This document shows positions 35,749-37,969 of a stretch of 37,969 bases of DNA, in pieces. The notes under the pieces are model-generated. The model did no database searches. It was not told where the DNA came from and saw only the letters and a program-made list of their open reading frames with translations. The DNA is from Octopus bimaculoides (lineage: Eukaryota): NCBI RefSeq assembly GCF_001194135.2, contig NC_068986.1:41396888-41434856 (forward strand), given 5' to 3'. The translations under genes and the position numbers were made by a program. The stretch's first letter is position 1; each line of letters opens with the position of its first letter.

Positions 35749-36820
35749 TGTTACATATACATGGATGCGAGCGTAGCGGATAACAGCTAGCATTCGGCCA
35801 CATCTTTGGACCCTGTTGTGTCCACCACTCTGATTGGTTGGTATTGGCGCATTTTTGTCTCTTGTTCTATTTCGCGCCAGGGTGCAACCCAACCAATCGC
35901 TGCCTTCAGATAAGGTACCTTCAGTTTTTCTGAATCCCTGTTTGAGCCGATAGTATCTTATAAATAGCTAGCTGTTCACCGTCATGATTGTCAGTCTGGC
36001 TCTAGACCTTCTGAGGTCTAGCCGCTGGCCACAGAGAACACAGCCAGTTCTAGCGACGACACGACAGCAGCTTCATGGAGTTTCAACACTTCGTTCAGCA
36101 TTCAGGACACTCTATCTTCGTCGCCTCCAGCTTCTTAGCATTTACGCCGCCGTCTCTACGTACACACAACCAACAGCACCCACACAGGTTCTATCACCTC
36201 ACTGTTTGTGAATTGTTTCACCATGGTTAACAGCGAATACAACCTGCGAGAACTCCTGTACCAAGTAACCGGCCGCAGCATTGAAGCCTCAACTTCTCAT
36301 GACATGTGTCTCTTCGGCTCTGCCTTGCCGCCACAACTTCTTGTTACAGCACCTCAACCACTGTGTACCTTGAATACGAACTGGTATTTACTATCCTTGT
36401 GTCGGGACTTTCAACGTCCTTCTAGACTATCTTCTATGCTCTGTATTTCTCGCACACACATACACATGATTGTATACACATACATTTTGTTTGCATGACG
36501 GCCTGTCTATTATTGTGTTTATTATGTTGCACTCAAACACACAGACATGCAAGTTGACATATCAATAAAACCTTCTACCGGTTGTGTCTCTCTTCTCCTT
36601 TTTTGGCACTTACACTCATTTAAACTCCTTTCGTGTTTTTTATTTGTGTCGACCGTGCGAAGTGCTAAAGGAACCATTCCCCGTGACCATCTCCTGGTAG
36701 CACGGTCAACTTTTAGTAGCGCTTTAATACATGCATTGTGACCTTTGAATAAATAGTATTTATCTCTCACCAGATGGAGTACTCTTTTTTTGTTGAATTT
36801 TCTATCACGGATCTGTAATA
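35749..36820 (+). mobile_element. LTR-like element, family L, copy 2
   Basis: Possible termini TGTTACA and TGTAATA; CCAAT boxes (about 35833, 35894), TATAAATAG (about 35960), AATAAA (about 36564). The 3' portion is homologous to the reverse complement of 16542-16830. Confidence 0.5.
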
Positions 36821-37250
36821 TATGTGTGTGTGTGTGCGTGTGTGTGTGTGTTAATCACATGCATATGCATAATCACATGCGTATGCATATGTATATATAT
36901 ATATATATATATATNNNNNNNNNNNNNNNNNNNNNNNNNNNNNNNNNNNNNNNNNNNNNNNNNNNNNNNNNNNNNNNNNNNNNNNNNNNNNNNNNNNNNN
37001 NNNNNNNNNNNNNNNNNNNNNNNNNNNNNNNNNNNNNNNNNNNNNNNNNNNNNNNNNNNNNNNNNNNNNNNNNNNNNNNNNNNNNNNNNNNNNNNNNNNN
37101 NNNNNNNNNNNNNNNNNNNNNNNNNNNNNNNNNNNNNNNNNNNNNNNNNNNNNNNNNNNNNNNNNNNNNNNNNNNNNNNNNNNNNNNNNNNNNNNNNNNN
37201 NNNNNNNNNNNNNNNNNNNNNNNNNNNNNNNNNNNNNNNNNNNNNNNTAT

Positions 37251-37460
37251 ATTTCCCCATTATTATGATTGACCGTTGACTGAACACTATTCAATTTTTT
37301 TTCTCCGTGTTTTTCTCCTTGTCTCCGTATTCTTTCTGTTGAAGAGCGTAGCTCGAAACGTCAAAGACTTTCCGTATTCCCGAGCGTCATACTAATATAT
37401 ACTTTTGTTATTTACACCACCTGTCCTCGTCTGTTGTTATTATTTGTATATTCTCCCATA
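37251..37460 (+). mobile_element. Short hammerhead-bearing repeat, family HH-A, copy 3
   Basis: Reverse complement of 2399-2622 with very few differences; ends in a TA tract. Confidence 0.85.
37331..37367 (+). ncRNA. Minimal type-I hammerhead ribozyme motif (HH-A copy 3)
   Basis: TCTTT(37331-35) CTGTTGA(36-42) A GAGC GTA GCTC(44-54) GAAA(55-58) CGTC(59-62) AAAGA(63-67); predicted cleavage after 37362. Confidence 0.7.
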
Positions 37461-37597
37461 TATATAACTGCCTAGTACAACCTGGAATTTACTTGGCATG
37501 ATCGATACTTCTTGTGTAGCATCAATTTCAGTGGGGAGGTGTTATATGGACTGTTAGATATGTAATTCGTCTGACGTTCCGTGTGTCATGTGGTTCG

Positions 37598-37969
37598 TCT
37601 GAGTTCATTGTCGCTTAGACGTGTGAGCAGACATTTTAGGTTGTTTAAGTGACTGTTTGCATCTTTCCCACTGACGAGCATGTCATCCTGGAAGACGGCC
37701 ACTCCAGGTAGATCATGGGTCAGGTTTTCCATGATCTCCTGAAAGTAACCAAGTGCTGACTTGATTCCGAAAGGGAGTCGTTGTTGCAGGAGTACTCCAC
37801 GGTGAGTGCTGAGTGTGAGTCTGCGTTGACTTTCTGGAGCCAGCTTGATCTGATTATAGGCATCAGCAAGGTCTATCTTTGTATATCTGAATCCACCTCC
37901 GAGTTTCTGCATCAGTTCAGCAGGGAGTGGCATTGGATGACGGTGATCAGCAAGTTGGTCATTAATTCC
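37598..37969 (-). mobile_element. Ty3/Gypsy LTR-retrotransposon reverse transcriptase fragment
   Basis: Reads HPMPLPAELMQKL...YTKIDLADAYNQI...LSTHRGV...RLPFGIKSA...FQEIM...VAVFQDDMLVSG. These are Gypsy RT motifs including the DD dyad. Homology ends abruptly after NELR. Confidence 0.92.

Larger units (their letters stand above)
2673..37247. other. Nine assembly gaps (approx. 2673-3573, 10049-10416, 11145-11376, 13740-14725, 17065-17074, 17650-18606, 19667-20481, 27096-27105, 36915-37247)
   Basis: N runs, most abutting (TA)n tracts. All X-containing ORFs in the track are artefacts of these gaps. Confidence 0.98.

Noticed and set aside
2587-37294. Long ORFs of 100-414 aa in the ORF track
   Set aside because: They consist of X from N gaps or YI/VC/HT dipeptide runs from microsatellites and are not genes.

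Overview
AT-rich eukaryotic genomic DNA with about 4.6 kb of assembly gaps. It is probably a cephalopod (Octopus-like), an inference from the SINE and microsatellite landscape and not from a database search. The only supportable host coding sequence is two phase-1 exons on the + strand (21028-21591, 23292-23866), each encoding one von Willebrand factor A (VWA) domain of a collagen VI/matrilin-like protein; the 5' exons are not visible. The rest is transposon-derived: a frameshifted Penelope-like GIY-YIG endonuclease, RTE- and CR1-type LINE fragments, a Ty3/Gypsy RT fragment, LTR-like elements, several SINE families, hAT MITEs, Helentron/HINE-like ends, and a GG-terminal DNA transposon with an 8-bp TSD whose empty-site paralog is in the same window. 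The most notable signal, not visible in the ORF track, is five minimal type-I hammerhead ribozyme motifs from three sequence-unrelated families. One family has three copies in a ~200-bp unit sitting in (TA)n tracts and shares an atypical CUGUUGA core. This suggests a Penelope-mobilised, retrozyme-like system. All structures were paired by eye and none is experimentally tested.
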